IMG/VR virus record: IMGVR_UViG_3300046786_001104 | Source: a virus | Direction: 5' to 3' (one strand) | DNA length: 47,183 nt | Shown: one piece after another, positions 9,812 through 18,879 of the stretch | Layout: the number at the start of each line of letters is the position of its first letter | Position numbering within the stretch: the stretch's first letter is position 1 | Position numbers and translations under genes: made by a program | Notes under the pieces: model-generated | The model's database searches: none | Told to the model about the DNA's origin: nothing | Seen by the model: only the letters and a program-made list of their open reading frames with translations

Positions 9812-10441
9812 TTAGTTTTGTTTGATGAACAACTCCCAATCGGGGTGTCTAACTTCTCGGATTAACTGAGAAACAGGAATGGGTTTAGGAGTCATTGGTT
9901 GTCTGAGCAACTTCAATCCAATTTCACTGTTCAAAGCGTTACCTTTTTTGCTGTTCACTTCCTTGCTAGTTAAAGCGAGGTTTGTCCATTCGTCTCCACC
10001 ACCACGACTTTTTGGCAAAATGTGGTCAATTGTAGCATTCTTACGGTCCAATGACTTTCCAGTGTATTGACATTTACCACTGTCACGAATGTAGATTGCT
10101 TCCTTGGAAGGCTTGCCTTTCCAAGTCTTCATTGGCATCTTGTGGAAGTTATTAGCAATCACAACCGTTGGAACACGGATGGTCAACTTAGTGCTATGAA
10201 TCACATCATCCCACTGTCTAATTGGCAATTTAATCCAAGTCTCCCAATCAACCGGAACCATTTTTGGAGATACAGTTCTGTCTGGATTTCCGTCTTCATC
10301 TATAGGATATTGAATATCAAGAGCTTTGATCGATTCTCCAGCTACTAAATCAACAATAGCATCAGCTACGATACCGTAACCAACGGTTTGCCAGTTGCTG
10401 TTCAACTTTAATACGATTGCTTTGTTTGCGATACTACTCAT
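9812..10441 (-). CDS. HNH endonuclease
   Basis: C-terminal CQYTGKSLDRKNATIDHILPKSRGGGDEWTNLALTSKEVNSKKG (C..Y ... DH ... N ... N HNH pattern). Confidence 0.65.
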   Translation of the reverse strand: MSSIANKAIVLKLNSNWQTVGYGIVADAIVDLVAGESIKALDIQYPIDEDGNPDRTVSPKMVPVDWETWIKLPIRQWDDVIHSTKLTIRVPTVVIANNFHKMPMKTWKGKPSKEAIYIRDSGKCQYTGKSLDRKNATIDHILPKSRGGGDEWTNLALTSKEVNSKKGNALNSEIGLKLLRQPMTPKPIPVSQLIREVRHPDWELFIKQN

Positions 10442-10490
10442 AACATTGGAAACACTATATCAGTTGACTCTGGAGATGTCAACCTTCATT

Positions 10491-10787
10491 TTATAAATAC
10501 TCTCCGTTTTTGAAAGCATCAAATTGTTCATCCAACCGACTTTTAGCAAAGTTTAAATCAACTTTAAACCATTCGTTTCTAATTTCCGAAGCAAAGTGTT
10601 TCATCACTTCTTTAATCTTTTTCTCAGCTTCTAAATAACGAGGGTGGTGTAAAGAATATTCTAATATATAATCTCTATGGGGAGACGCGGTTTGATATTG
10701 TTGAAGTCTCTTGTTAAGATTTTCGGTTACTCCAATCTTTACCCAACCTGGAAATGCTTTATTTGTAATTACGTAGAGGTAACCCAT
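10491..10787 (-). CDS. T5orf172/GIY-YIG-like domain protein
   Basis: MGYLYVITNKAFPGWVKIGVTENLNKRLQQY resembles the GIY-YIG-related T5orf172 motif. Confidence 0.45.
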   Translation of the reverse strand: MGYLYVITNKAFPGWVKIGVTENLNKRLQQYQTASPHRDYILEYSLHHPRYLEAEKKIKEVMKHFASEIRNEWFKVDLNFAKSRLDEQFDAFKNGEYL

Positions 10788-10825
10788 TACCTCAATATAT
10801 ACTAATAACAGAAATGTACAATATT

Positions 10826-11470
10826 TTATACAATTTCATCTACAAGTTTCCATCTTAAACAATCTTGCGGTTCAAGACACAAATCGTGTTTTAATATTTC
10901 TTCTAAATCAGCTTCTTTGAAATCGGTATGTTTGTAATAGATGTTTTTAATAATTTTCATTATTAAATCTAAGTTTTGCATTTCATCTTTAAACTCTTGA
11001 TAATTTCCCCACAACCCTCCACTAACCTGATGAATTAACATACAGGCGTTTTTAGACATCGTTCTCTTTTTGCCAACCACGCTTATAAATGTAGCTGCTG
11101 ATGCTACTATACCTTCGCAGTGTGTGTGAATAGGAATGGGGTTGTTGATTATTTTATCAACTGTGGATAAAGCAGAAAAAACTTCACCGCCTTCGCTTGA
11201 AATCATCAATTCAATGGGCGGTGGTTCTGTTAAATTATAACAAAATTGAACAAACTTTAAATGTTTGGTTAATTCATCAATTTGACGGTTTAAAGAGTAA
11301 ATGCTGTCTCGGGTAACATCGGAGTAAAAATAAATACGATTTCCTGATATTGGGGATATAAACTGTTCTTTGGTTTCTTGTTTTTCAGAATCAAGTTCAC
11401 CTGATACCTGAATTGTGACGGGTTGGGGAGAATCATTATTAAAACGTTTTACTGCTTTCCAATTTGACAT
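10826..11470 (-). CDS. ClpP-family serine protease (S14)
   Basis: GGEVFSALSTVDKI ... CEGIVASAATFISVVGKKRTMSKNACMLIHQVSGG matches the ClpP Ser/His-containing core. Confidence 0.7.
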   Translation of the reverse strand: MSNWKAVKRFNNDSPQPVTIQVSGELDSEKQETKEQFISPISGNRIYFYSDVTRDSIYSLNRQIDELTKHLKFVQFCYNLTEPPPIELMISSEGGEVFSALSTVDKIINNPIPIHTHCEGIVASAATFISVVGKKRTMSKNACMLIHQVSGGLWGNYQEFKDEMQNLDLIMKIIKNIYYKHTDFKEADLEEILKHDLCLEPQDCLRWKLVDEIV

Positions 11471-11718
11471 AATTAGTCCCTTCTGTTTCTAATAAGTATA
11501 AAATATCAGATACAAAAGGGACTTTAATATCACCTTCTTGAAATAAAGGAACAATCCTCACATCTTCGTCACACATACAACGCATATATGCTAACGTTTT
11601 TGTGGTTCTCGCTGGGGTATGACAAGTTTTACAAAGCAATTGACAATTCATAGTCTATGTAAATATCATAGAGACTACTTCAAATCAACCACCAAGTAAG
11701 GTTGTTACTGAAACGTAA

Positions 11719-12750
11719 CTAAGTCACAATATACTTAGAAACATCAGCATTGAATGTGGATAGAGACCTAATTGAACTAGAACTAACATGTTCAAACTCT
11801 TTATCACAAAGCAAGAATACCACACGAACACCAGGCATATAATCTCTAACAAACGAGATTAAGTTCTGTTCGTAATTCAAATCATATTCGTTTCTAAGAC
11901 CACGAATGAGAGTTACTTCGCAACCAGTCGCTTCATACTCTTTAAGAACGGTCGGCAAAAGTCCTTTGTAAACAATAACTTCTCTATCTTCGATAGTCTT
12001 TGGAATTGTGACTTTCTGATATTCTTTATCTGGATTGATTCCATAAGCAATAACAACCTTGTCAAAAATACCCTCGGCCTGCTTAAGAATATTTAAGTGT
12101 CCCTTGTGAAAAGGATTGAATGAACCAGCATAAATTCCAATTCTTGGTTTTTTGTTATTAACGTAATCGGCAAGTCTATTCAAAGTTTCGCTGTTCTTCG
12201 GAAAAATTTTAGCAGCATTTCTCAAAAAGTCAACACGTCCTTTTTTGTATTTTTCCCAAGGAAACCGTCTGAATTCTCGGAAGATTTTCTCTTCATAAGG
12301 AAGAACGTCTTCAAAATTCCAGTTAATCAACCCCCAACAATCTGCGGTCTGAAAGATTTTGAATAACTTCGTTTTGTTCTCTGAAAGTTCGGCGGTGTCT
12401 AAAATGATTTCTTTTGCTAAAAGAACAGCTCTCTCGTTATGAAGTTCCTTGCCAATACAATCGAACATGATTTTGACAGATTTAACCTCATTAGCTTTGT
12501 CTCCAGGAACATAAAAACTATCATGAAAGAATGCTGCCAAAACAAGAGCTTCCCATTCCAGTTCTGACTCTACATCATCTTTCTGTAGAGTCAAACCCTC
12601 TAAAACATAGTTAAGATGTTCTAAAGTATGAAAAAATCTATGAGGTTCATTCCAGTGTTCAATAACCCTTTCAATTGGAACATTGACGTATTTGTTTACA
12701 ATGTCAACAAACGTCATGTAATACAACTGAGGATAATTGATGGTGTTCAT
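11719..12750 (-). CDS. bifunctional HD phosphohydrolase / nucleotidyltransferase (NMN/NaMN adenylyltransferase-like)
   Basis: N-terminal HD motifs (HRFFHTLEH ... AAFFHDSFY). C-terminal cytidylyltransferase signature IGIYAGSFNPFHKGHLNIL (H-x-G-H). Confidence 0.6.
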   Translation of the reverse strand: MNTINYPQLYYMTFVDIVNKYVNVPIERVIEHWNEPHRFFHTLEHLNYVLEGLTLQKDDVESELEWEALVLAAFFHDSFYVPGDKANEVKSVKIMFDCIGKELHNERAVLLAKEIILDTAELSENKTKLFKIFQTADCWGLINWNFEDVLPYEEKIFREFRRFPWEKYKKGRVDFLRNAAKIFPKNSETLNRLADYVNNKKPRIGIYAGSFNPFHKGHLNILKQAEGIFDKVVIAYGINPDKEYQKVTIPKTIEDREVIVYKGLLPTVLKEYEATGCEVTLIRGLRNEYDLNYEQNLISFVRDYMPGVRVVFLLCDKEFEHVSSSSIRSLSTFNADVSKYIVT

Positions 12751-13298
12751 AGTTTGCTTAGTTTAGCAATTTCATCTGCCACAGCTTTGGTTGCTTTCCT
12801 GTATAACGTGTTGTTTCCATCACTAAGATACACTAACAACTGCGATTTTTCAAATACAAACACTTTGCCAAAACCAACGTCGTCGTCAATAACTCCTTCT
12901 ACATTATCCTTAATGTCAGCAAGCTTAACCGACTTCCCCTCTTTGGAAATATTTTTAAGCCTATCATGTTCAAGGTGTTTTCTTTTAGAACGGTTTAAAT
13001 TCGGATAATTCTCTTTGGTGTAGACATTCGTAACTTCCAACACCAAGTTGGTAATAACATCACCAAACTCCTTTCGCATGGCATCTTCATTATAACCCGA
13101 ATTCTTATCCGCAACGTCTTCAAGGACATCGTGAAGGTGACCTGCTGCCTGAACTTCTTCTGATTCGCCTGCTTCTTTTAAATCATCCGCAACTCGGTCG
13201 GTGTGAACCCAATAGTTCTCTCCACCGTATTTACGCTTCTGTCCAATAGAATCGTGAGCAGCATGAGCCCACTCCTTTGCTTTTTCAACTATATTCAT
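12747..13298 (-). CDS. SpoT/MESH1-like HD-domain hydrolase (small alarmone hydrolase-like)
   Basis: HAAHDSIGQKRKYGGENYWVHTDRVA ... AAGHLHDVLEDV is the RelA/SpoT-type HD hydrolase motif. Confidence 0.65.
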   Translation of the reverse strand: MNIVEKAKEWAHAAHDSIGQKRKYGGENYWVHTDRVADDLKEAGESEEVQAAGHLHDVLEDVADKNSGYNEDAMRKEFGDVITNLVLEVTNVYTKENYPNLNRSKRKHLEHDRLKNISKEGKSVKLADIKDNVEGVIDDDVGFGKVFVFEKSQLLVYLSDGNNTLYRKATKAVADEIAKLSKL

Positions 13299-13299
13299 G

Positions 13300-13680
13300 T
13301 TAATCCCACCAAATTCTCAGCCATCTATTATTGTTCCACCAATCCAATTCATCAGCTTCTAATTGTTTAGATAATTTTCGTTCGTCAATATTGGATTTTG
13401 TTTCCACATAAACGCAAACACTGCCTTCTCTAGCAATCCATATTCTACTATCATCAGGAAGATTATTCAAGAGAGAAGGACAGAAACTATTATACCCAGC
13501 ATCTTCTGGAGTTTTTGCTCCGAGAGCAGCAGTTAGAATTTCAATTGCTGTTTCTTTATCAACGTCTTGATATGCTCTGTAATGTAGGTTCCGAATGTTT
13601 TTTCCTTTTTCCCACCCCCGGTTACAATCAGCATACGCCAACATCACATCTTTTTTAAAAGCAAGTAGTTTTTTATTCAT
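13300..13680 (-). CDS. hypothetical protein (probable true start at MNKKLL)
   Basis: ORF 13300-13836 trimmed to the internal Met that abuts the upstream gene. Confidence 0.35.
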   Translation of the reverse strand: MNKKLLAFKKDVMLAYADCNRGWEKGKNIRNLHYRAYQDVDKETAIEILTAALGAKTPEDAGYNSFCPSLLNNLPDDSRIWIAREGSVCVYVETKSNIDERKLSKQLEADELDWWNNNRWLRIWWD

Positions 13681-13891
13681 CTTCAAACTCCTCTTCTTCA
13701 TCAACTTGACCCAAAAGAATGCCTTTTTCATCCCCAGTATCGGTTTCATACCAACAATCAAAAAAATTAAAATCTTTAATTTGTCCATATTGATGATTAC
13801 AAGAAATGTATCTATCAGCAATAAACACTTCAACATTTCCCTTTTTCTCGGAAAATTTCTGTAGTCGTTTGATTAAAGTTTTAATCTTCAT
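13673..13891 (-). CDS. hypothetical small protein with a poly-acidic C-terminus
   Basis: 72-aa ORF ending EEEEFEDE. Confidence 0.35.
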   Translation of the reverse strand: MKIKTLIKRLQKFSEKKGNVEVFIADRYISCNHQYGQIKDFNFFDCWYETDTGDEKGILLGQVDEEEEFEDE

Positions 13892-14445
13892 TGTTCTGTA
13901 ATTTGTTCAAATGGTTTTTCACATAAAAGATTTACAAATTTAATGATTCTGTTGTAAACTTCGTCTGTTTTTTGAAAATTGAATTTTTTAGTAGCAGTTT
14001 CATCTATCCATTCAATTAAAGAAGTACCAAATTCTTCGCTACGAGATTTAATGTCACACACCATTTCTGCTAAAAACAAATCCGGCATTTCTCCTATGCC
14101 TTTTGGCCAAGATTCAGGATGATGAAGATTAGTAGAATTATGATGGCGAATTGCTAGTTTTAGTTTAGATTTTTCTTTATCTTCGTTAATAGATTGAATA
14201 GGAATCATGTTATCCCATTCTGCTCCAAAGAATTTAGAGTTATCGTGAGTTAAACCACGAGCAATAAGCATCCTTCCAAGGTCAATTTGTCCAGATTCAA
14301 TTAACCGTTTACCCATCAATAAACAGTTGTCTTGTACATTTTTTATATGCCTGATAATAACCTCGATCTTAACAAGGGAAAGATCAATTTCTTTCCTTAA
14401 CTTGTTGCCAATACGAGACTTAGTTGTTTTATTGACTTCACTCAT
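13888..14445 (-). CDS. hypothetical protein, possibly an HD-type hydrolase
   Basis: ARGLTHDNSKF and HHNSTNLHH patterns. Weak. Confidence 0.3.
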   Translation of the reverse strand: MSEVNKTTKSRIGNKLRKEIDLSLVKIEVIIRHIKNVQDNCLLMGKRLIESGQIDLGRMLIARGLTHDNSKFFGAEWDNMIPIQSINEDKEKSKLKLAIRHHNSTNLHHPESWPKGIGEMPDLFLAEMVCDIKSRSEEFGTSLIEWIDETATKKFNFQKTDEVYNRIIKFVNLLCEKPFEQITEQ

Positions 14446-14677
14446 ACTCTTTTATCTTTCAATTCCATATTACAGTAAATATGGAATGAAGTCAAGAAAA
14501 GACAGTGTTGTTATTTTAACGTCTCCTTTAACTCATGCAACGTTTTCACAATTAAGGGATGATCTTTGTATTTCCATTGAATGAGGCAAATTTCTCGTTG
14601 AACTTGTGATCTTGTAATCCATTTATAATCTGCAAATGCCCAATCACGAAGCTTTGCTTTGAGTATAGAAATTATCT

Positions 14678-15163
14678 TCATTTTCTATTTTTTGATCTAA
14701 AAGTTTCTGTTTGACTATGACAATTTGGACAAATCATTCTGAGATTTTTTAATTTGTGATTAGAGTCATTGCCGTCGATATGGTCTAATTCACAGTTTAA
14801 CGGTTTATTTTGCCATATTCCATCTTGTTTACAAACTTCACACTCGTTCTTTTTAACACCTTCTTTCAAAAGGCGGGTTTTTAACTTGAATGTTTGATAA
14901 CTCGGATGTTTTCCTTCTAAGATTTCTTGAAGGGGTATTTTCCCACATCCTTCTTTTTTTAATTTATTCACCCCAAACCCAGCAGGATTTGGGGAATAAC
15001 ACCCCAATTCTTTTGCTCTTTTTCTGAATGAGTTAAAATGAGTTTTCAATGTTCTACATGCTTCTGCCATTGACTTACTCGATTTACAAACATTAATGAA
15101 TTGTTCGTCCGATATTCTGTTTTTAAGTCTAAATGTATTCATGTTTATACATATCAGACACAT
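14678..15163 (-). CDS. HNH endonuclease
   Basis: CEVCKQDG ... ELDHIDGNDSNHKLKNLRMICPNCHS. Confidence 0.7.
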   Translation of the reverse strand: MCLICINMNTFRLKNRISDEQFINVCKSSKSMAEACRTLKTHFNSFRKRAKELGCYSPNPAGFGVNKLKKEGCGKIPLQEILEGKHPSYQTFKLKTRLLKEGVKKNECEVCKQDGIWQNKPLNCELDHIDGNDSNHKLKNLRMICPNCHSQTETFRSKNRK

Positions 15164-15193
15164 CGGAAAAACATTCCGAAATGTTTAACAAAA

Positions 15194-15269
15194 TGGTAGC
15201 ACCAGTCGGATTCGAACCGACACTACAGGCATTTTAAGTGCCTTGACTCTGCCGTTGGTCTATGGTGCC
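15194..15269 (-). tRNA. tRNA, anticodon UAA (Leu-type anticodon), but class I (short variable loop)
   Basis: Reverse complement folds as a cloverleaf. Acceptor stem ggcacca/tggtgct, anticodon stem aggca/tgcct with loop cuUAAaa, T-arm gtcgg-TTCGAAT-ccgac, and an encoded CCA. Confidence 0.6.
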
Positions 15270-15616
15270 AATGTTGGTTTCCTAATTATAAGTTCAGGAG
15301 CAGAATGACTATCATCGACAAGTTTAAATGGAACTCTGTAATAGATAATTTTAGATGGCTTTCCATTGGATCCTGATTTAAGGATTGGAGTAATCTGAAA
15401 CCAGTATGACTTACCTTCGGTCAAAGTGTCAATCTTAAAAGTGTTTCTTCTGGTTTTTTGAACCTTGGTGGTTACAATTAAACCAGATTCAGTACCAAAG
15501 TTTAAACTATATTCTTTGATGTTGGTTTCATCTTTACAATTCCATTCCAATTCAACCGAAGCAGATTGAATAGACAAAGAAGCAAACAAAACGAGTAAAA
15601 AGATAAACGATTTCAT
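15260..15616 (-). CDS. secreted fibronectin-type-III-like protein
   Basis: Signal peptide MKSFIFLLVLFASLSIQSA. LEW ... YSLNFG ... L.EGKSYWFQI pattern typical of an Fn3 fold. The 3' end overlaps the tRNA by about 10 nt. Confidence 0.45.
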   Translation of the reverse strand: MKSFIFLLVLFASLSIQSASVELEWNCKDETNIKEYSLNFGTESGLIVTTKVQKTRRNTFKIDTLTEGKSYWFQITPILKSGSNGKPSKIIYYRVPFKLVDDSHSAPELIIRKPTLAP

Positions 15617-15847
15617 AAACTTATTCTCGATTGATATCTCTGTAGTGTTTTTCTTTTTCTATTTCTTCCGTATCTATTTGAGTCATTATACTTCCTTCTA
15701 AATAAACTTGCCAAGAAAACTCTTTAAGTTTATCCCGTAATGAAGCGGATATAGAATCTAAAGGAGGTAACATGGAAAAATGACTTTTCCATAAATGGTC
15801 AAATTCATATCTTCTGTTAATTCTAAAAAGTCTCAACTGTGCATTAT

Positions 15848-16087
15848 TCATAGCAATTTTAATAGCCATTTAGGGAGTTTAGAAAGTTTCTTTTCTGCAA
15901 TTTCTGTTCTGCGCCTCCAACTGTTTTCGAGTAAAAGTTCTCCATCAGCTTTTTCAATACTGTTTTCGTATTCTTGTCTTTTTTTAGTATCTGAATCGGT
16001 CCAACAATCATCACAAACAGATGATGGAGAAGAAGAATCAAACCATCTACCACATTTAGTACATCTATTTTCCCAAGACATGCTCAT
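15848..16087 (-). CDS. small zinc-ribbon-like protein
   Basis: CTKCGRWF ... CDDCW (two CxxC pairs). Confidence 0.3.
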   Translation of the reverse strand: MSMSWENRCTKCGRWFDSSSPSSVCDDCWTDSDTKKRQEYENSIEKADGELLLENSWRRRTEIAEKKLSKLPKWLLKLL

Positions 16088-16554
16088 AACACATTAACAT
16101 ATTCTGATTCCCAGGGATAAACAATCCAAGTATCTCCTTTTTTCTCGCCAGCCCAATAGTCAGGAATTAAACCAGAATTGTTGTTTTTGTTCCAATGTAA
16201 TGTAGCAATTTGAAAGTTGCTACCATGAATTAAACCTGTTTTTTCCATAAAGAAATTTAAAGTTGCTCCTGTATCAAGAATATCATCAACAACTAAAATT
16301 TGTCTTATATCTGTTGGTATTGGTGGTATATCATAGAAATATGGTTTACCTCCAACCTTTTCTCCGTCATAGAAATGAATTGAAACTCCTATATGTTCAC
16401 ATTGAAACCAATTTGCTAACGGTTTGCTGACATTTAATCCACCATTAGCAATTCCAACTATCAGAGAGGGTACCCCACACTTATCTATTTCGTAATAGAG
16501 TTGTCTTAACAGTTTTTCAAATTTGGAATAACCAATATAGATTTTTTTAGACAT
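16084..16554 (-). CDS. type I phosphoribosyltransferase (purine PRTase-like)
   Basis: PRPP-binding motif ILVVDDILDTGATL. Confidence 0.6.
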   Translation of the reverse strand: MSKKIYIGYSKFEKLLRQLYYEIDKCGVPSLIVGIANGGLNVSKPLANWFQCEHIGVSIHFYDGEKVGGKPYFYDIPPIPTDIRQILVVDDILDTGATLNFFMEKTGLIHGSNFQIATLHWNKNNNSGLIPDYWAGEKKGDTWIVYPWESEYVNVL

Positions 16555-16558
16555 AATT

Positions 16559-17015
16559 TTATGGACATGGGAGAGGCATTTCTTTATATCCTCTTAAATG
16601 TTGACAACCTTTATTTCCTGAACTACAACTACCCCCAAACCGACCACAAGAGATTTCTTTAAACCCTTTACAGTTTGCTTCAATCATCTTTTTTCTCTTG
16701 GTTGGACACAAAGGCATCAATTCAGGATGGTGAATAAAAGAAATAAACTTGCCCGGTTTACAGAAACCGTTTTTCTTACATTCTATGAACTGTTCACGAA
16801 AAGGTTTCATACCTAAAGAGTTTATCTTTTAAATCATCTTCTATAACACAACCACTTCTCACCAAAGCATCAGACGTGAGTTTATTAACTTTGTGAATTA
16901 AAGATTTGTGTTCATTTGACCAATCATCTGATTCTGATATGCCGCCGCCATGAAATCCTAGAAACGGACATTCACGAAGGATGTTTTTCAGTGCTTTGAT
17001 TTCGTCTGTATCCAT
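16559..17015 (-). CDS. two adjacent small hypothetical ORFs (Cys-rich 83 aa and 73 aa; possibly one gene with a frame change)
   Basis: ORFs 16559-16810 and 16794-17015 overlap by 17 nt in different frames. Confidence 0.25.
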
Positions 17016-17019
17016 AAAA

Positions 17020-17097
17020 TGGTAGCACCGATGGGATTCGAACCCACACTACAGGCATTTTAAGTGCCTTGACTGCTTCCAGTTGGTCTACGGTGCC
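17020..17097 (-). tRNA. tRNA, anticodon UAA, class I; paralog of the 15194-15269 tRNA
   Basis: Same anticodon arm (aggca-cuUAAaa-tgcct) and G1-U72 acceptor stem. T-arm tgggTTCGAATccca. CCA encoded. Confidence 0.55.
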
Positions 17098-17115
17098 ATT
17101 AAAAAATATAATAAT

Positions 17116-17508
17116 TCAAAACCAATTCCAATCCGCATCTTGTTTAAAACTAGGAATGATATAACCGTCCACATTATCAACGTCTTGACTCATTCTGTCA
17201 AGGACTCTTTTAACCAATCTCCGTTCACGACGCTTATAAGGAAGTTTATACCACTTAGGGGCGTGGAACCCCCCTCTATTTTTTCCGCTAAGGAATCCAC
17301 GTACCCACCATTCTTCGATCCATTTAACGTGGTCTTTTTGTTGTTCTTCCACAGAAGCATATTTCATTCCGTGGAACCAATAAGGGTTGGACCATTTTTG
17401 GGAAAACTCTCCACCCTCGATTTTTTTAGCCTTGTTCCATGCCTTAATGCGGGCATGACGGTTTCTCAGATACTTGTTTTTGATTCTCATGTTCTTATTG
17501 TAGAACAT
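17116..17508 (-). CDS. hypothetical basic Trp/Lys-rich protein
   Basis: Minus-strand ORF has protein-like composition. The overlapping plus-strand ORF 17083-17547 is F/L/S-rich antisense-looking. Confidence 0.4.
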   Translation of the reverse strand: MFYNKNMRIKNKYLRNRHARIKAWNKAKKIEGGEFSQKWSNPYWFHGMKYASVEEQQKDHVKWIEEWWVRGFLSGKNRGGFHAPKWYKLPYKRRERRLVKRVLDRMSQDVDNVDGYIIPSFKQDADWNWF

Positions 17509-17770
17509 AAGCTTTATTGCTTATGTTACCTACATAAGAATCTCTGATAAACGTATTCGTGGGTTTTCATAATTAACATACTATGACAAATCTTCTTTTA
17601 AGATGAACTCGACTCGTTCTTCTTCTTTTCTGCTCTGATAAGTTCTATTTCTTTCGCAATAAGAACAACTACCGTGGTTTCTACAAGTTCTATCAAAGCT
17701 CTTGGATTTCCTATACGGTTTCCTCTTTTCTTTTCCGTATCTTATTGCTTTATCAAGCATAAATAAAAAT

Positions 17771-17855
17771 TGGTGCCGATAGAGGGACTTGAACCCCCAA
17801 GCCGTTAAGCGGTTGATTTTGAGTCAACTGCGTCTGCCATTCCGCCATATCGGCA
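17771..17855 (-). tRNA. tRNA-Leu (anticodon CAA), class II with long variable arm
   Basis: Acceptor gccgata/tatcggc, anticodon loop cuCAAaa, long variable arm cgcttaacggcttgg, T-arm gggTTCAAGTccc, CCA. Confidence 0.7.
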
Positions 17856-17885
17856 TTTAAGCGATTACGATTTTTGCCATAAAAG

Positions 17886-17978
17886 TGGTAGTACTGCTCG
17901 GACTTGAACCGAGACTCGGCACCAATCTAGTGCTCCTAGTTTATAAAACTAGCGATGCTAACATTACATCACAGTACC
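17886..17978 (-). tRNA. class-II-shaped tRNA-like gene with anticodon UAU (atypical)
   Basis: 93 nt. Acceptor ggtactg/cagtact (G1-U72), anticodon stem ctagt/actag with loop uuUAUaa, 22-nt variable arm, T-arm ctcgg-TTCAAGT-ccgag, CCA. Confidence 0.45.
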
Positions 17979-17990
17979 AATAAAAAAATC

Positions 17991-18064
17991 TGGAGCACCA
18001 TGTCGGGATCGAACCGACATATCTTGCTTGGAAGGCAAGGGCATTACCACTATGCTAATGGTGC
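17991..18064 (-). tRNA. tRNA-Gly (anticodon UCC)
   Basis: Acceptor gcaccat/atggtgc, D-stem gcat/atgc, anticodon loop cuUCCaa, T-arm tcggTTCGATCccga, U73, CCA. Confidence 0.7.
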
Positions 18065-18174
18065 GTAGATAGACTCGGATCCTCACAATATTTCGGAGGT
18101 TTTATCCGAATGGCTCTTTTGAGAGTTCACATCCATCAAACTCTACACACATAAATATACAGGACTTTAAAAAG

Positions 18175-18798
18175 ATGTCAACAGAATTTTCGGTTTTTAA
18201 AAATGTTGTTATATATGTATGTAGTGGCAAAACACAACAATTTACCGTTAAGTATATGAATCCAGTTAAATTTAGAATTTGTGAAAAATGTAATTGTGAA
18301 TTCCCTCAAGTTCAAATTATACATGGGAAAAGAAGAACGTTTTATAAACGAAAATTTTGTTTAGATTGTTCTCCGTTCGGGGCACATAACACCAGAACTA
18401 TTTTTGAAATGGAGTTATCAACTGTAGTTATAAATGGAGAAAAAAACAAAAAATGTATCTCTTGTAATAATATAAAACCTCTTAAAGAATTCTACAATAA
18501 ATCTGAATCCGGAAGACATTTTTCTGTTTGTAGTGAATGCTGTAAAAAAGACAGCAAACGAAAAAGGATGGAATTTAAAAAGTGGTGTGTAGATTATAAA
18601 GGGGGGAAATGTGTTATATGTGGTTATGATAAATGTTTGAACGTGTTGGAGTTTCATCATCGTGACCCAACTCAAAAAGATTACATCATTTCATCTGCTT
18701 GGAAAAAAAACAGAAACATAGTAAAATTGGAATTGGATAAGTGTGATTTAGTGTGTGCTAATTGCCACGGAGAAATTCACGACAAGATTGGATTTTAA
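18175..18798 (+). CDS. Cys-rich HNH endonuclease
   Basis: CVICGYDKCLNVLEFHHRDPTQKDY ... CANCHGEIH plus several upstream CxxC pairs. Confidence 0.6.
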   Translation: MSTEFSVFKNVVIYVCSGKTQQFTVKYMNPVKFRICEKCNCEFPQVQIIHGKRRTFYKRKFCLDCSPFGAHNTRTIFEMELSTVVINGEKNKKCISCNNIKPLKEFYNKSESGRHFSVCSECCKKDSKRKRMEFKKWCVDYKGGKCVICGYDKCLNVLEFHHRDPTQKDYIISSAWKKNRNIVKLELDKCDLVCANCHGEIHDKIGF

Positions 18799-18805
18799 AA
18801 TGAAA

Positions 18806-18879
18806 TGGAGCGGGCAGAGGGAATTGAACCCTCACGTTCGCCTTGGCAAGGCGACAGGCGGCCTCTACATCATGCCCGC
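18806..18879 (-). tRNA. tRNA-Gly (anticodon GCC)-like with a degenerate D-arm
   Basis: Acceptor gcgggca/tgcccgc, anticodon stem tcgcc/ggcga with loop uuGCCaa, T-arm agggTTCAATTccct, U73-CCA. The D-arm does not pair canonically. Confidence 0.5.

Noticed and set aside
15181-15280. Reading the tRNA genes on the plus strand
   Set aside because: Only the reverse complement gives U33, a T54-T55-C56 T-loop (TTCGAAT / TTCAAGT) and a 3' CCA. On the plus strand the T-loop would read ATTCGAA and there is no CCA.
17083-17547. Plus-strand 154-aa ORF overlapping the minus-strand 130-aa ORF
   Set aside because: The plus-strand translation is F/L/S/P-rich nonsense-like. The minus strand matches the orientation of neighbouring genes and has protein-like composition.
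17593-17760. 55-aa minus-strand ORF (MLDKAIRYGKEKRKPYRKSKSFDRTCRNHGSCSYCERNR ...) between tRNA genes
   Set aside because: Possibly a real small basic Cys-containing protein or a remnant of an HNH N-terminus. It is too short and has no motif I recognise, so I did not list it as a feature.
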